Below are positions 16,764 through 25,732 of a stretch of 64,000 nucleotides of DNA, one piece after another. The notes under the pieces were generated by a model. The model was not told the DNA's origin. It did no database searches and saw nothing but the letters and a program-made list of their open reading frames with translations. Made by a program: the position numbers and the translations under genes. Positions within the stretch are counted from its first letter, which is position 1, and every line of letters starts with the position of its first letter. This DNA is from an uncultured virus (IMG/VR IMGVR_UViG_3300032093_000098) (Duplodnaviria; Heunggongvirae; Uroviricota; Caudoviricetes), in the IMG/VR virus record IMGVR_UViG_3300032093_000098; one strand, 5' to 3'.

Positions 16764-17750
16764 TCAGACAATTTTACCCCTGTGTATTCTGAAATTCTTC
16801 ACATGAAATTCAGAGCCGTTTCTTGTGATAAAAGCAAAGCCGTGATTCCACTTGTTGTATGGTGAATAGTCGGGCGAAAGTTCACACAAACAACCAACGC
16901 TCCATGTGGTTATCATCTTGTCATTAACGTCACGTTCGGTATGCTCCGATGTCTGATGGCTGTGTCCGCAAATGGCGTTGGCCTTTGCCCTCATATAAAG
17001 TCCTCGCGCCACGTTTACGGGACTGAATACCGTACTTCCGAACTCATGGCCGTGAAAGACTGACAGCTTCCCTATGTTGGCCTTTGTTCGGCCTCCAATG
17101 TATTCGATGTTGAACTCTGACAGCTTGAGTAATGCAGCCAAAGTGAACGCCTCGATGTCGAGCAGTTCAGGTGCTTTGATCCGCATAAACCGCCAGTATC
17201 TTTCTTCGTGATTTCCCTCTTTGAAATAGATTTTGGCCTTCGGAAATTCACGCCTGAGTATCTCGAAGAACTTGTGAGCCTGTTTCAACTCATGGCTGAA
17301 TCTGCGTTTCTTCGGGTCTTTCTCAAATGATGATAACTGATAACAGTCTATCACATCACCGTTCAGATAGATGCAGTCTGCATCGTGTTCTTTCCCGTAT
17401 TTCAGTGCCACTGTAATGCTTTCCTCGTCGTGATAAGGGAAGTGGACGTCGGATAAAAAAAGTATTCGAGTACCATCGACCTCAACGCTTTTACGAGGTT
17501 TTGAACTTGATTTAGGTATGTCGTCGAATGGGTTTGGCGATCGTGGTGGAACGTACCGATCTTTATACTTAACCTTTGAATCCTTGGTGCCACCCTTACC
17601 TTCTATTCGCCTCAGTGCGCCCCTGCAACTCTCGACGCTAACATATAACGCCGGATGTTCTTTGCAGATTTTCTTTGCGAGCGTCAGGTTTGGCGTGTTG
17701 GGAAACCTGTTTCGGTATTCAATCAGGACGTCGGTTCTTGTCATTGCCAT
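16764..17750 (-). CDS. Calcineurin-like metallophosphoesterase with N-terminal HTH-like region
   Basis: SDVH, NGDVID, EGNHE, HGHE and GHSH motifs; likely start MAMTRT. Confidence 0.85.
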   Translation of the reverse strand: MAMTRTDVLIEYRNRFPNTPNLTLAKKICKEHPALYVSVESCRGALRRIEGKGGTKDSKVKYKDRYVPPRSPNPFDDIPKSSSKPRKSVEVDGTRILFLSDVHFPYHDEESITVALKYGKEHDADCIYLNGDVIDCYQLSSFEKDPKKRRFSHELKQAHKFFEILRREFPKAKIYFKEGNHEERYWRFMRIKAPELLDIEAFTLAALLKLSEFNIEYIGGRTKANIGKLSVFHGHEFGSTVFSPVNVARGLYMRAKANAICGHSHQTSEHTERDVNDKMITTWSVGCLCELSPDYSPYNKWNHGFAFITRNGSEFHVKNFRIHRGKIV

Positions 17751-18034
17751 AGTTTTATTTGGTTTGAATAAGTATTTGCCCTTGCCTCGTTCCAAAGCAG
17801 GTATAAATCGTTTACATGAACATTCACAATTAACGGGGCTTCCGCATCCTCTCCCGACACCCAAACACAACTCATGTTGCGGTACTCAATACTTTCCGCA
17901 ATTCTGTAAATGTGATCTGCCCTGACGTAATGAATTAAGAACTCAGGCTTATCTTTTCCATGAGCCAAAACTTCTAAACATAAATCTTCTGAAAGTAGCT
18001 CAATCTCGTTTTTGGGTCTTCTCGGTGATGCCAT
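17741..18034 (-). CDS. Hypothetical protein
   Basis: ORF overlapping the next start. Confidence 0.5.
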   Translation of the reverse strand: MASPRRPKNEIELLSEDLCLEVLAHGKDKPEFLIHYVRADHIYRIAESIEYRNMSCVWVSGEDAEAPLIVNVHVNDLYLLWNEARANTYSNQIKLWQ

Positions 18035-18203
18035 TGATTAATTTTTTATTTAAGATATTGATTACATACAAATAGATTCGCAAAAATAACGACTTGTTGC
18101 AATTGGTAGAATTTACAGCGAAATGAATTAATTCTAAAAAAATATACCCAGTTGGGTACAAAGCAGGGCATTAACCCGTTTTTAACACCTAATAGGGTAT
18201 GAC

Positions 18204-18407
18204 TTAGTCAATCCCGACCTCGGAAACAAGGGAGCAAACAAATTCATAAGCCCCCAACAACTCCTTATTGCGCCTCGGACAGTCCTTAACCCGCCTCCTT
18301 AAATTCTCCCTAATAGCAAGCAACGCCGAATGATACATCGAACCACCACTCGCCCACTTAAACAAGTCCTGATCCTCAGGCAAATCAAATTCTAAAATTG
18401 CTTTCAT
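18204..18407 (-). CDS. Small phage protein (KAILEFDLPED type)
   Basis: Paralog of 11204..11425. Confidence 0.65.
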   Translation of the reverse strand: MKAILEFDLPEDQDLFKWASGGSMYHSALLAIRENLRRRVKDCPRRNKELLGAYEFVCSLVSEVGID

Positions 18408-18432
18408 TTGAATTAATTTATCCGTTTACAAA

Positions 18433-18750
18433 CTATCTATCCCGTCCTCCGGCCAGTAAATTCTCTTTCTTCTTCAATCCGGCATCAGTGCTCGCGTTTT
18501 TTATTTTCTCAATCCTGTCCAATGAACCGCATAGCCACAGGTACATGTCGTTCCCGGTAAGCTCGTACAGCACTTCGTTTATCTTTCGCATAAGAACCCT
18601 CTCATGCCATTTTATAAGCATGCTTGGCTTGTGAGACGGATCTGACTGGATTGTGAGAAGGTGTCTTCTTAGCTCTCGATAAAAAACAACGTCTGGCTTT
18701 CCAGTTTTGTTTGCCGGAATTTCTGGATGCTTTTTTTCTAACCGGCTCAT
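18433..18750 (-). CDS. Hypothetical protein
   Basis: ATGA-coupled ORF. Confidence 0.5.
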   Translation of the reverse strand: MSRLEKKHPEIPANKTGKPDVVFYRELRRHLLTIQSDPSHKPSMLIKWHERVLMRKINEVLYELTGNDMYLWLCGSLDRIEKIKNASTDAGLKKKENLLAGGRDR

Positions 18751-19166
18751 TGTCCAAGGTATTTGGAAATTGCCACCATTTCCGATGTTGGGAACGTTGA
18801 TATCAGCCCCCTGATCATTTTTCTTCTTGCGGGGACGCAGAGATAATCGTTTTGAACAGCCCGCTTTGCGTAAATAACGGTCGAGTGATCCCTGCCAACA
18901 ATTGTCCCAATAGACTTCAAACTATCTCCGTAGCACACTTTTGAAAACGCCATAAAAACCTGCCTCGGGAACACCACTTCCTCGTTTTTCTTTTTGCTTT
19001 TTATTTGGTCTTGCGAGACGCCAAAATGAGAGCAAATTCGATCAAGCATCCATTCCTTTGTTCCGCCGTTTTCAAGATCGTGTATTTGATCGTACGCTAA
19101 TTTAAATTCCTCAACGCACTCTTCTTTTACCATTGACAAAAGGTCTTCGTATTTGTATCGCTTCAT
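18747..19166 (-). CDS. DnaA C-terminal HTH domain protein
   Basis: ICSHFGVSQDQIKSKKK..VVFPRQVFM..SLKSIG..GRDHSTVIYA = DnaA domain IV pattern; likely start MKRYKY. Confidence 0.85.
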   Translation of the reverse strand: MKRYKYEDLLSMVKEECVEEFKLAYDQIHDLENGGTKEWMLDRICSHFGVSQDQIKSKKKNEEVVFPRQVFMAFSKVCYGDSLKSIGTIVGRDHSTVIYAKRAVQNDYLCVPARRKMIRGLISTFPTSEMVAISKYLGQ

Positions 19167-19198
19167 TTTTATTATTGATTTGTTAAAAAAAAAGGAAT

Positions 19199-19217
19199 GG
19201 GGCGGTTTTTCCGCCCC
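19199..19217 (-). terminator. Terminator-like hairpin after SSB
   Basis: GGGGCGG-aaaaa-CCGCCCC followed by a U-rich tract. Confidence 0.5.
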
Positions 19218-19224
19218 AAAATGA

Positions 19225-19854
19225 TCAGAACGGGAGGTCATCCTCGTGTTGAGAATCCGTCGCAGGCTCTGCTTGTTTTTCTGTTTTTCCAATGACTGTC
19301 GCTTCCATCTTGGGAATGAAAACTTTCGAAAGATAGTCTTCAAAAAATTGCTGGCGATCAGTGTCGTCCCAAACAATTTCACCCTTCACCTTTACCTGAA
19401 CCATTTGCGGCATTCCCTTTGGATCGTCTTTTGTCCAATACCAATCAACGTTGTTTTCTCCTTGACGGATGTACAGCATTGTTTTTTTCTGCCCATCAAT
19501 CTCTTTCATCCACGGAGCAAGAGTAATGCTTTTTGACAGATCAATGTTTGGCATGCAGAGAAAGAATCCGGAAGAGTACCGGGAAGACCACGGCATCTGA
19601 ACTTGAAACTTTTCTCCAATATCTTCAAGGACAATGCACAGTTGCGGGCCGTATCCCTTATCTGAGCTTCTCTTGAACACGTCTACAATTCTGCCCGTAA
19701 CCGAAGGGTACCTTTTTTCGTACCAGATTCTCGATCCGTCTTTTGACCGGCACTCAACGGCGCCTTCTGTTCCTTTTTCAACTCGTTTTGCAATACGTCC
19801 TTCAGATATGCTGAGGTACGTTTTGTCTGAACCACTGTTTGTGTCTAATCCCAT
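19225..19854 (-). CDS. Single-stranded DNA-binding protein (putative)
   Basis: Acidic tail ending EDDLPF; adjacent to primase-helicase. Confidence 0.65.
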   Translation of the reverse strand: MGLDTNSGSDKTYLSISEGRIAKRVEKGTEGAVECRSKDGSRIWYEKRYPSVTGRIVDVFKRSSDKGYGPQLCIVLEDIGEKFQVQMPWSSRYSSGFFLCMPNIDLSKSITLAPWMKEIDGQKKTMLYIRQGENNVDWYWTKDDPKGMPQMVQVKVKGEIVWDDTDRQQFFEDYLSKVFIPKMEATVIGKTEKQAEPATDSQHEDDLPF

Positions 19855-19934
19855 TTTTTTTATGATTAATTATTAATTGTGAAATGCAAACATATAACAC
19901 GCAAGGCTTGTGACCAAATATTTTTTGTTAATTT

Positions 19935-21875
19935 TTATTCCCACGACTCTTTGTGCCCGTTTGGGTGGGTCTCCTCTTCCCATTCTTTGATGTCTTTAGA
20001 GTCTGTCCAGCTTCTGTTTGGCCTTATTGCCGACGGCTTTGGCTGCTCTATTGGGTACTGAACATTTTTTCCATCAATTGCTTGCTGCAGGTAGTCTACG
20101 CCGTTAAATGTAAATCTCCTGATTCTTCTGTTAAGCTGAAAAATGCAAAATCCTTTTTGACCCACTATTTTTTGCTTCTTGATTTTTTTGCTGTGGAATT
20201 CGCACGTCGGATCATCCGGAGCCGTTTGGGCAAATGGCCTGTGATAAATCAGTATGTTGTCAACCTTGTTGTTCCACATCGCTCCGTCAGCCAAATCAAA
20301 AACGTCAGGGCACGGATAGTTTCCGTCATCGCCCTTCCTCATCTTGTGAGGGTGAATAACAATGTCAAAGCAAACGTTGTTTTTTCTTGCGAAACGCGTG
20401 CAGTCCGACAAAAACGTTTCAAGGTACTTATCCGTTCTTCCCGAGCTCTTAGCATAATCGTTGGCCATTTGGTTGAACGGATCTATGACGACCCTGTCTA
20501 CGTTGAATTTTATTATCAAGCTGAGGAATATCTCCTTGACATAATCAGGGGTAGGGGCTACGTCTTTTGGGTAAACCATAAAAATGTGCTCGCCGATCAT
20601 TTTGTACACCTTCATGTACGATTCGTATGGCGGTCTCCCTGGGTTGTTAGGAGTGCAGTCGCACCCAAAATATATCTCTACAAGATCGTGGTAAAACTGC
20701 TCCGCAGGAAGTTCTTCCGGCGTGAATATGGCCACCTTTTCGCCAAAAACAACCATTCTGAAGATCATTTCCCACTTCATAAATGCCGATTTCCCGTAGT
20801 TTCCTATTCCTGATATCGCGGTAAGCTCCCCTTTTGCTCTTTTGAAATGTTTGTCAATCTCCGGGACACCAAGCGGTTGGGCTGTCTTGTACCCATTAAG
20901 GTATATGCTTGCCGCCCGATCAGAAACCTCTTCCGCATAAATAACATCTTCTTTCGACATTTCTGCGGCGTCTTCTTCCGTAATGATTATGTCGATCTCT
21001 CTCTTGGTTGTTCTTGTCACAAGTTTCTCGTTGGTAAACTCAGCGGTGTTCCATTGTGACTTATTCGCCCTGTAGGCGCTTCTTACGGCGTTTCTGCATT
21101 CTTTTTGACTAAAGCTTGCGTCTGGCACAACATATGTCATCATCATGTTGTAACACGTTTCCTCAAGCATTCCAAACCTACAGCAACTCGCGGCGAGTTT
21201 GAACACAAAATGATTTCTCTCGCCTTCCCGAAAAGCATCTCCTCTTGATGCCATCCATGTTAAAAGGTTGTTGAATATTTTGTCATCGTCGGTAACTGTA
21301 ATTTGCTCCGTGTGTTGCCTCCTGTTTTCTACACGATCGGAGACCGGCAGCTTATCGAACGCCAGAGCCTGATGATTCATCAAAATATTCGGGTCAAACG
21401 ACTCAAAACATAGTCTTGAAACGTTTCTGCCGGTCTTATCGGCATCTGGAAACTCCTGCATAAGCGCGTCAAAGTGCTCGGCATGCTTTGACTCCCATTC
21501 TATTTCAACCAAGGCTTTTACTCCGTTTCCAGAAGGAGAAATCCACGCGGCTAAAACATACTTGGAAAGCGCCAACTCTTTCTTTTTTTGTTCAGCATCT
21601 GGCACCTTGTCAAAATCAAGCACAACATACCCGGAATGCTCCATCAGGCTTCCGTCTGCCCTTTTTGAAAACCTACCGCTAAAACACACTCCAGGTAGCG
21701 TTTTTTTGATTTCGTCAGCTTCTTCTTTTGTCTTGGCCGATCTGATCTTTTCGACAGTTTCACGAGACTTACCGTCTTTAATCCTGTCAAGAGCCTTGGA
21801 AATAGTGATCACGTCACCGGTAATGTCTCTTGAGTTTCTGTATATGGAAACCTTACCATTTATTGTTTTCGTCAT
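19935..21875 (-). CDS. Primase-helicase: BT4734/VirE-N domain, PriCT-like domain, SF4 (DnaB/Twinkle-like) helicase
   Basis: KKTLPGVCFSG, LDFD, SPSGNGVK, SRLCFESFDP; GERNHFVF; Walker A GIGNYGKS, Walker B VVIDPFN, HPHK. Confidence 0.85.
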   Translation of the reverse strand: MTKTINGKVSIYRNSRDITGDVITISKALDRIKDGKSRETVEKIRSAKTKEEADEIKKTLPGVCFSGRFSKRADGSLMEHSGYVVLDFDKVPDAEQKKKELALSKYVLAAWISPSGNGVKALVEIEWESKHAEHFDALMQEFPDADKTGRNVSRLCFESFDPNILMNHQALAFDKLPVSDRVENRRQHTEQITVTDDDKIFNNLLTWMASRGDAFREGERNHFVFKLAASCCRFGMLEETCYNMMMTYVVPDASFSQKECRNAVRSAYRANKSQWNTAEFTNEKLVTRTTKREIDIIITEEDAAEMSKEDVIYAEEVSDRAASIYLNGYKTAQPLGVPEIDKHFKRAKGELTAISGIGNYGKSAFMKWEMIFRMVVFGEKVAIFTPEELPAEQFYHDLVEIYFGCDCTPNNPGRPPYESYMKVYKMIGEHIFMVYPKDVAPTPDYVKEIFLSLIIKFNVDRVVIDPFNQMANDYAKSSGRTDKYLETFLSDCTRFARKNNVCFDIVIHPHKMRKGDDGNYPCPDVFDLADGAMWNNKVDNILIYHRPFAQTAPDDPTCEFHSKKIKKQKIVGQKGFCIFQLNRRIRRFTFNGVDYLQQAIDGKNVQYPIEQPKPSAIRPNRSWTDSKDIKEWEEETHPNGHKESWE

Positions 21876-22665
21876 AAGTAGGGGCTTGTTTTTTCATGTT
21901 GACTATATCTGTTTCGGTGGAAAATTCTTGTTCCCAGCATCTTTGGTTTAACCATGTCTGTAGGTTTTTCCATTGTGGGAAAAATTCTTTTTTAGACCTT
22001 GCGGCCTCTCGCGCTGCCAACTCCTTATCAAGAGCCGGCATGAGTAGCGGGAGCGCTTCTTTCCAGTCCTTGTGCTTTTTGAACGTTCTGAACTCTGTCA
22101 TAGACCCCTTCTTGGTTCCGCCATACTTTTTACGGAAATCCTCAAAGGATGCCGGCACCTGATTTTTGACTTCCTCGCACAGCAGCGGTTTGGGGGCTGA
22201 ATTTGAAAACTTCAAGCGATCAAACACATCTCTTTTGTATGTATTTTTATTTCTTTGTAAAGTTGTTTCTTTGTATATACCCGGTTCTACCGATTGTCGG
22301 TTTTCACCGATAACGGGAAAACCTGATATCGGTGAAAGCTCATCTTGGTTGAGCTCGTGCTGTGGGGAATCATAGATGACGTGATCCCAGCCAATTAGTT
22401 TACCGGTAGATTTGTCCGACGTCCTTTTGCTGAAGATGTACCCCTTGTCTTGAAGGGACTTAAAAACCCTGTCTATTGCATGCTTCCCATCAGGAAGGCG
22501 CTCATAAAGATTTTTTTTGTAAATCACCCAGTCGTCAGGAAGAGACAAAAGGAACGACAACATCCCCTTCTCTTCAAGCGTTAGGCCAACGGACTGAGTC
22601 AGTTCGTTTGGCAAGACGGAGAACCCGTGTTTGCGCTTGGCTTTAATTATTTGTCCTGTATTCAT
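21853..22665 (-). CDS. Phage replication initiator / HTH replisome organizer
   Basis: FSVLPNE..LTLEEKGMLSFLLSLPDDW N-terminus and WKNLQTWLNQRCWE C-terminus; likely start MNTGQ. Confidence 0.75.
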   Translation of the reverse strand: MNTGQIIKAKRKHGFSVLPNELTQSVGLTLEEKGMLSFLLSLPDDWVIYKKNLYERLPDGKHAIDRVFKSLQDKGYIFSKRTSDKSTGKLIGWDHVIYDSPQHELNQDELSPISGFPVIGENRQSVEPGIYKETTLQRNKNTYKRDVFDRLKFSNSAPKPLLCEEVKNQVPASFEDFRKKYGGTKKGSMTEFRTFKKHKDWKEALPLLMPALDKELAAREAARSKKEFFPQWKNLQTWLNQRCWEQEFSTETDIVNMKKQAPTYDENNKW

Positions 22666-22669
22666 AGAA

Positions 22670-22764
22670 GAAAAAAAACAAGCCCCGTGTGGAGTACCGG
22701 GGCTTGGGTTGGTCAAACTTGCGTTCAACTTGCCAAACCCTCATTTTGACTCCACTCAAAATGA
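22670..22764 (-). promoter_or_regulatory. Leader with terminator hairpin and complementary-loop upstream hairpin (copy 2)
   Basis: AAGCCCCG-TGTGGAGTAC-CGGGGCTT (22680-22705) with U-tract on the minus strand; TCATTTTGA-CTCCAC-TCAAAATGA (22741-22764); GTGGAGT and ACTCCAC are complementary. Confidence 0.65.
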
Positions 22765-22785
22765 CGGCCTGGCTGTAAGACTTTG

Positions 22786-22874
22786 CAAACATAGCAAAAC
22801 AAAATCATCTTGTCAACATTTAATCGAAAATATTTTATCAACTATTGACACGTCGTTAATTGTATGTATATTTG
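22786..22874. promoter_or_regulatory. Back-to-back divergent promoters (replication vs late module)
   Basis: Minus: TTGACA-N17-TATGTTTG (22816-22786); plus: TTGACA-N16-TATATTTG (22845-22874). Confidence 0.8.
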
Positions 22875-22889
22875 CAAATAAAAAACGCA

Positions 22890-23102
22890 ATGCTTACACC
22901 GCCGGACGGAACTGTTTTTGTAGAGTCAGTAAACAACAAGGGCAAACACATTGAGGCCGTTATTGAGTCAATTGGGGCTGACGTTGATTATGAAGTAGGA
23001 ACAAAGGTTGGCATTATTGGGCACATCGAAAAGCTTGAGATACAAGGGGAAACTAAGTTCTCAGTAAACGAAAAATACATAGCATTTATAATTGAACAAT
23101 GA
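22890..23102 (+). CDS. Small GroES-like protein
   Basis: P..G.VFV..AVIESIG..V..EVG.KV..GETKFSVNEKYI pattern. Confidence 0.45.
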   Translation: MLTPPDGTVFVESVNNKGKHIEAVIESIGADVDYEVGTKVGIIGHIEKLEIQGETKFSVNEKYIAFIIEQ

Positions 23103-23437
23103 GACATGTTAGCAACGCCCTTCGAATAATGAAGGAAAAAACAGGAACGGATTATTCACAATTTATCCGTATTCAAAACGAAGAAGACACGACCGGCGTT
23201 CCGCCGGTGGTAAGCTTTCAGGTACAGAGCGATCCAATATCGATTATTGGAATCAATGGTATTCAGGCTGTCGACATAATCCGATACGCCGCGTGTCTTA
23301 TCGAAAGTCTGAATACCGCATTTCCTTGTGATGAAAATTCGTCAACCATTTTTATGCTTGAAGAGGCTATTCACTGGCAAAACAAAAGAACTCAAAACAG
23401 GACAGAAAGGGGCGTTGAAGGAAAAAACGAAGCTTAA
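23099..23437 (+). CDS. tad1: Tad1-like cyclic-nucleotide sponge (anti-Thoeris/anti-CBASS candidate)
   Basis: FQ..NG..DII..FPCDEN..LEEAIHWQNKRTQNRTERGVEGKN parallels Tad1 FQ..[35 protein letters not shown]. Confidence 0.65.
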   Translation: MRHVSNALRIMKEKTGTDYSQFIRIQNEEDTTGVPPVVSFQVQSDPISIIGINGIQAVDIIRYAACLIESLNTAFPCDENSSTIFMLEEAIHWQNKRTQNRTERGVEGKNEA

Positions 23438-23745
23438 TGAATACTGCTTGCATAATAATAATTTTTTGCGCTTTAGCGCTTATTCTGTCAATGTTTTGGC
23501 AGGAACTCAAGATGTTTACCTTGAGTGCTTTTGATTTTAGATCGAAAAACCAGTACAGGATATGTAGGTTTAAAAATGTTTTTACGGTGCAATACAGGTC
23601 TCGCCAGCACGGGTTGTGGGAGGTTTATTACTCGCATTTGTTCAATACATGGATGTTTGACACGCAGGAAGACGCCGAAATAGCACTCCGAGAATGCATG
23701 GATTATTTTAAAGCCAAGCAAGCACACGATAACAGAAAGAATTAA
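23437..23745 (+). CDS. Membrane-anchored hypothetical protein
   Basis: Hydrophobic N-terminus. Confidence 0.55.
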   Translation: MNTACIIIIFCALALILSMFWQELKMFTLSAFDFRSKNQYRICRFKNVFTVQYRSRQHGLWEVYYSHLFNTWMFDTQEDAEIALRECMDYFKAKQAHDNRKN

Positions 23746-23748
23746 AAG

Positions 23749-24069
23749 ATGAGCAATAAAAAGGTTTGGTCAAGAGCAAAGCAATTACTTCAGACAATGA
23801 TTGACGACAGGATTGAGATATACGAGGTGACTCGCATACTCAACCCAATGTCTAACGAGTCAAGAAAGAAGCTGTCTTTGTGCAGGACGGACATAACAGA
23901 CGAAGATCTCGATCAAATTGAAGAAACGATAAAAAGGTATAAGGAGACCCTTATCGACATGTCTTCTACGGTTGTCACGCAAAGAGTGAAGAGGTCTGAG
24001 TTTTTCAAAAAACTTGAACAACATTATGATAAGAACAAAAACAAAAAGTCAGTACGAAAAAGGAATTAG
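23749..24069 (+). CDS. Hypothetical protein
   Basis: ORF with operon packing. Confidence 0.55.
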   Translation: MSNKKVWSRAKQLLQTMIDDRIEIYEVTRILNPMSNESRKKLSLCRTDITDEDLDQIEETIKRYKETLIDMSSTVVTQRVKRSEFFKKLEQHYDKNKNKKSVRKRN

Positions 24070-24283
24070 CGTCTACGATTACTACATCCGCAGAGAGGTA
24101 GTTGAAAAAAGCAAGCTTGATTCTCTCGTGACGAATCCTGAAGTCGTGGCTATTTTTGACGGATCTTACGCATCCATAAGAAGGGCTATCGTAAAGATGA
24201 GGGACAAGAAAAGTGTCGGGAAAAAATTCTTTGAAAAGCAAATGGCTTTTCTTGAGGTGTATGAAAAAAACTTTGTAAAATGA
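24026..24283 (+). CDS. Hypothetical protein
   Basis: Likely start MIRTKTK. Confidence 0.5.
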   Translation: MIRTKTKSQYEKGISVYDYYIRREVVEKSKLDSLVTNPEVVAIFDGSYASIRRAIVKMRDKKSVGKKFFEKQMAFLEVYEKNFVK

Positions 24284-25092
24284 ATTTTACAGGAATTGAC
24301 ATAGACAAGCTTAAGTTGCTCAATGGCTGCTGCCTTGTTCAGCTTCACTCTTATACAGAGGATGAGATTTCATTTAATGGCGGAACACTGAAGCTTGTTC
24401 ACAAGGTAAAAACATACGCCTCAGAGGCCGACCCAAGGGATATCGTAAGCGCCGTGAAGGGGATGAAAAAGTTTCGGTATAAGGACAAGGAGGCAATGAA
24501 GGAATATCAGTCGATGGCGGCTGAGTTGAATAAAAAGGTTGACGAAAACAAGGAGAGCCAGCAGGACAAGCAGGCCGTAAGAAGAGGAGTAATCGTGAAA
24601 CTCCCGCATGCATGCCTTGGTGATTCCGGGTGGGACTATGAATGCGAGTTTGATGGAAACGTGGGGGACGAAGTATGGTTTGACGCCACCTACACCAGGG
24701 AAATGATAACCGAAGGAGAGGGAGGGTTCGAAATTGACGGAAAAATATTCCTGATGATTCCCGTTAAGTCAATTTATGCGGTTAAAAAAGATGACGAAAT
24801 ATTGGGGCTGAACGGTTTTGTGATAGGGAAAAGGCTGCCGAACGACAGGAAGCAGGGGTCGCTATATCTGCCTGACACGAAAACAGCAAGGGTCGAGGTT
24901 GTTGTGCCAAACGCAAGAACGCCGATATACAAAGAAAACTCTCCGTGGACAAACACCGTTGTGAAAAAGGGAGACATTGTTTTGATGAGAGACATCTTTG
25001 CTATACCTCTTGACGCAACACTTGCAAAAAGCACTGACTTGGTCAGATTTCAAACAAGGGTAATAAGAGCTTACGAGCATGATCAAGCTTGA
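24280..25092 (+). CDS. Tandem GroES-like co-chaperonin domain protein
   Basis: Two GroES-like repeats (LLNGCCLV..GVIV..VGDEVWF; LNGFVI..VKKGDIV) upstream of terminase. Confidence 0.55.
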   Translation: MNFTGIDIDKLKLLNGCCLVQLHSYTEDEISFNGGTLKLVHKVKTYASEADPRDIVSAVKGMKKFRYKDKEAMKEYQSMAAELNKKVDENKESQQDKQAVRRGVIVKLPHACLGDSGWDYECEFDGNVGDEVWFDATYTREMITEGEGGFEIDGKIFLMIPVKSIYAVKKDDEILGLNGFVIGKRLPNDRKQGSLYLPDTKTARVEVVVPNARTPIYKENSPWTNTVVKKGDIVLMRDIFAIPLDATLAKSTDLVRFQTRVIRAYEHDQA

Positions 25093-25732
25093 TTTCAGTA
25101 AAATAGCGTATAACATTGAGGCTATCCCGGAGGGTCAGGCGGTTATATACGGCTTTTCCGACCTCGCAAGCCAGTCCCATGTGTTTGATCGCAGTGACGA
25201 TCTACCGCATGGGGTTGACGCAGACAAGGTGTTGAGGTACCTGATATACATGTTTGCTCCCGGTACGCCGGTGAGGGACGCATACCCGGACATTAATCAG
25301 CGGAAGAGGTATACCCTTAACAAGTTAAATATTGTTATCGATGAAAACGATACAGACGAAGGGTACGCTCAGCTTTGCTTGATGAATGCCACGTGGGCGG
25401 TAGAAAGGTACATAGCCTTCACGAGACTTCAGTGTTCCGAGGACTACTCGATCATGAGCACTGCCGATATTCGAATAGCAGCTCTTCAGAGAGCGCTATT
25501 GACACAACCGGTTGACAAGTCTGGGGATGACAAAAATTTCCAAGAAGGTCTTGAAAGATGGAGGCAAACGCTTGTTGATGCGCGGGGTCGCATAATGAAT
25601 GACGAGACGAGCATAACTCTTCAGAAGGCGATCACGTTTTCTGTTAGGGCTGAAAACCTCGGGATACAACCCGAGTATTATGCCAGGGTGTGGAGGGAGA
25701 AGAAAGAAATATTTCCAGACGTTATACCATAG
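25079..25732 (+). CDS. Putative terminase small subunit or packaging-associated protein
   Basis: Position directly upstream of TerL; helical. Confidence 0.4.
   Translation: MIKLDFSKIAYNIEAIPEGQAVIYGFSDLASQSHVFDRSDDLPHGVDADKVLRYLIYMFAPGTPVRDAYPDINQRKRYTLNKLNIVIDENDTDEGYAQLCLMNATWAVERYIAFTRLQCSEDYSIMSTADIRIAALQRALLTQPVDKSGDDKNFQEGLERWRQTLVDARGRIMNDETSITLQKAITFSVRAENLGIQPEYYARVWREKKEIFPDVIP

Noticed and set aside
19953..20813. 286-aa plus-strand ORF and similar long antisense ORFs
   Set aside because: Shadow frames of well-supported genes with no motifs or leaders
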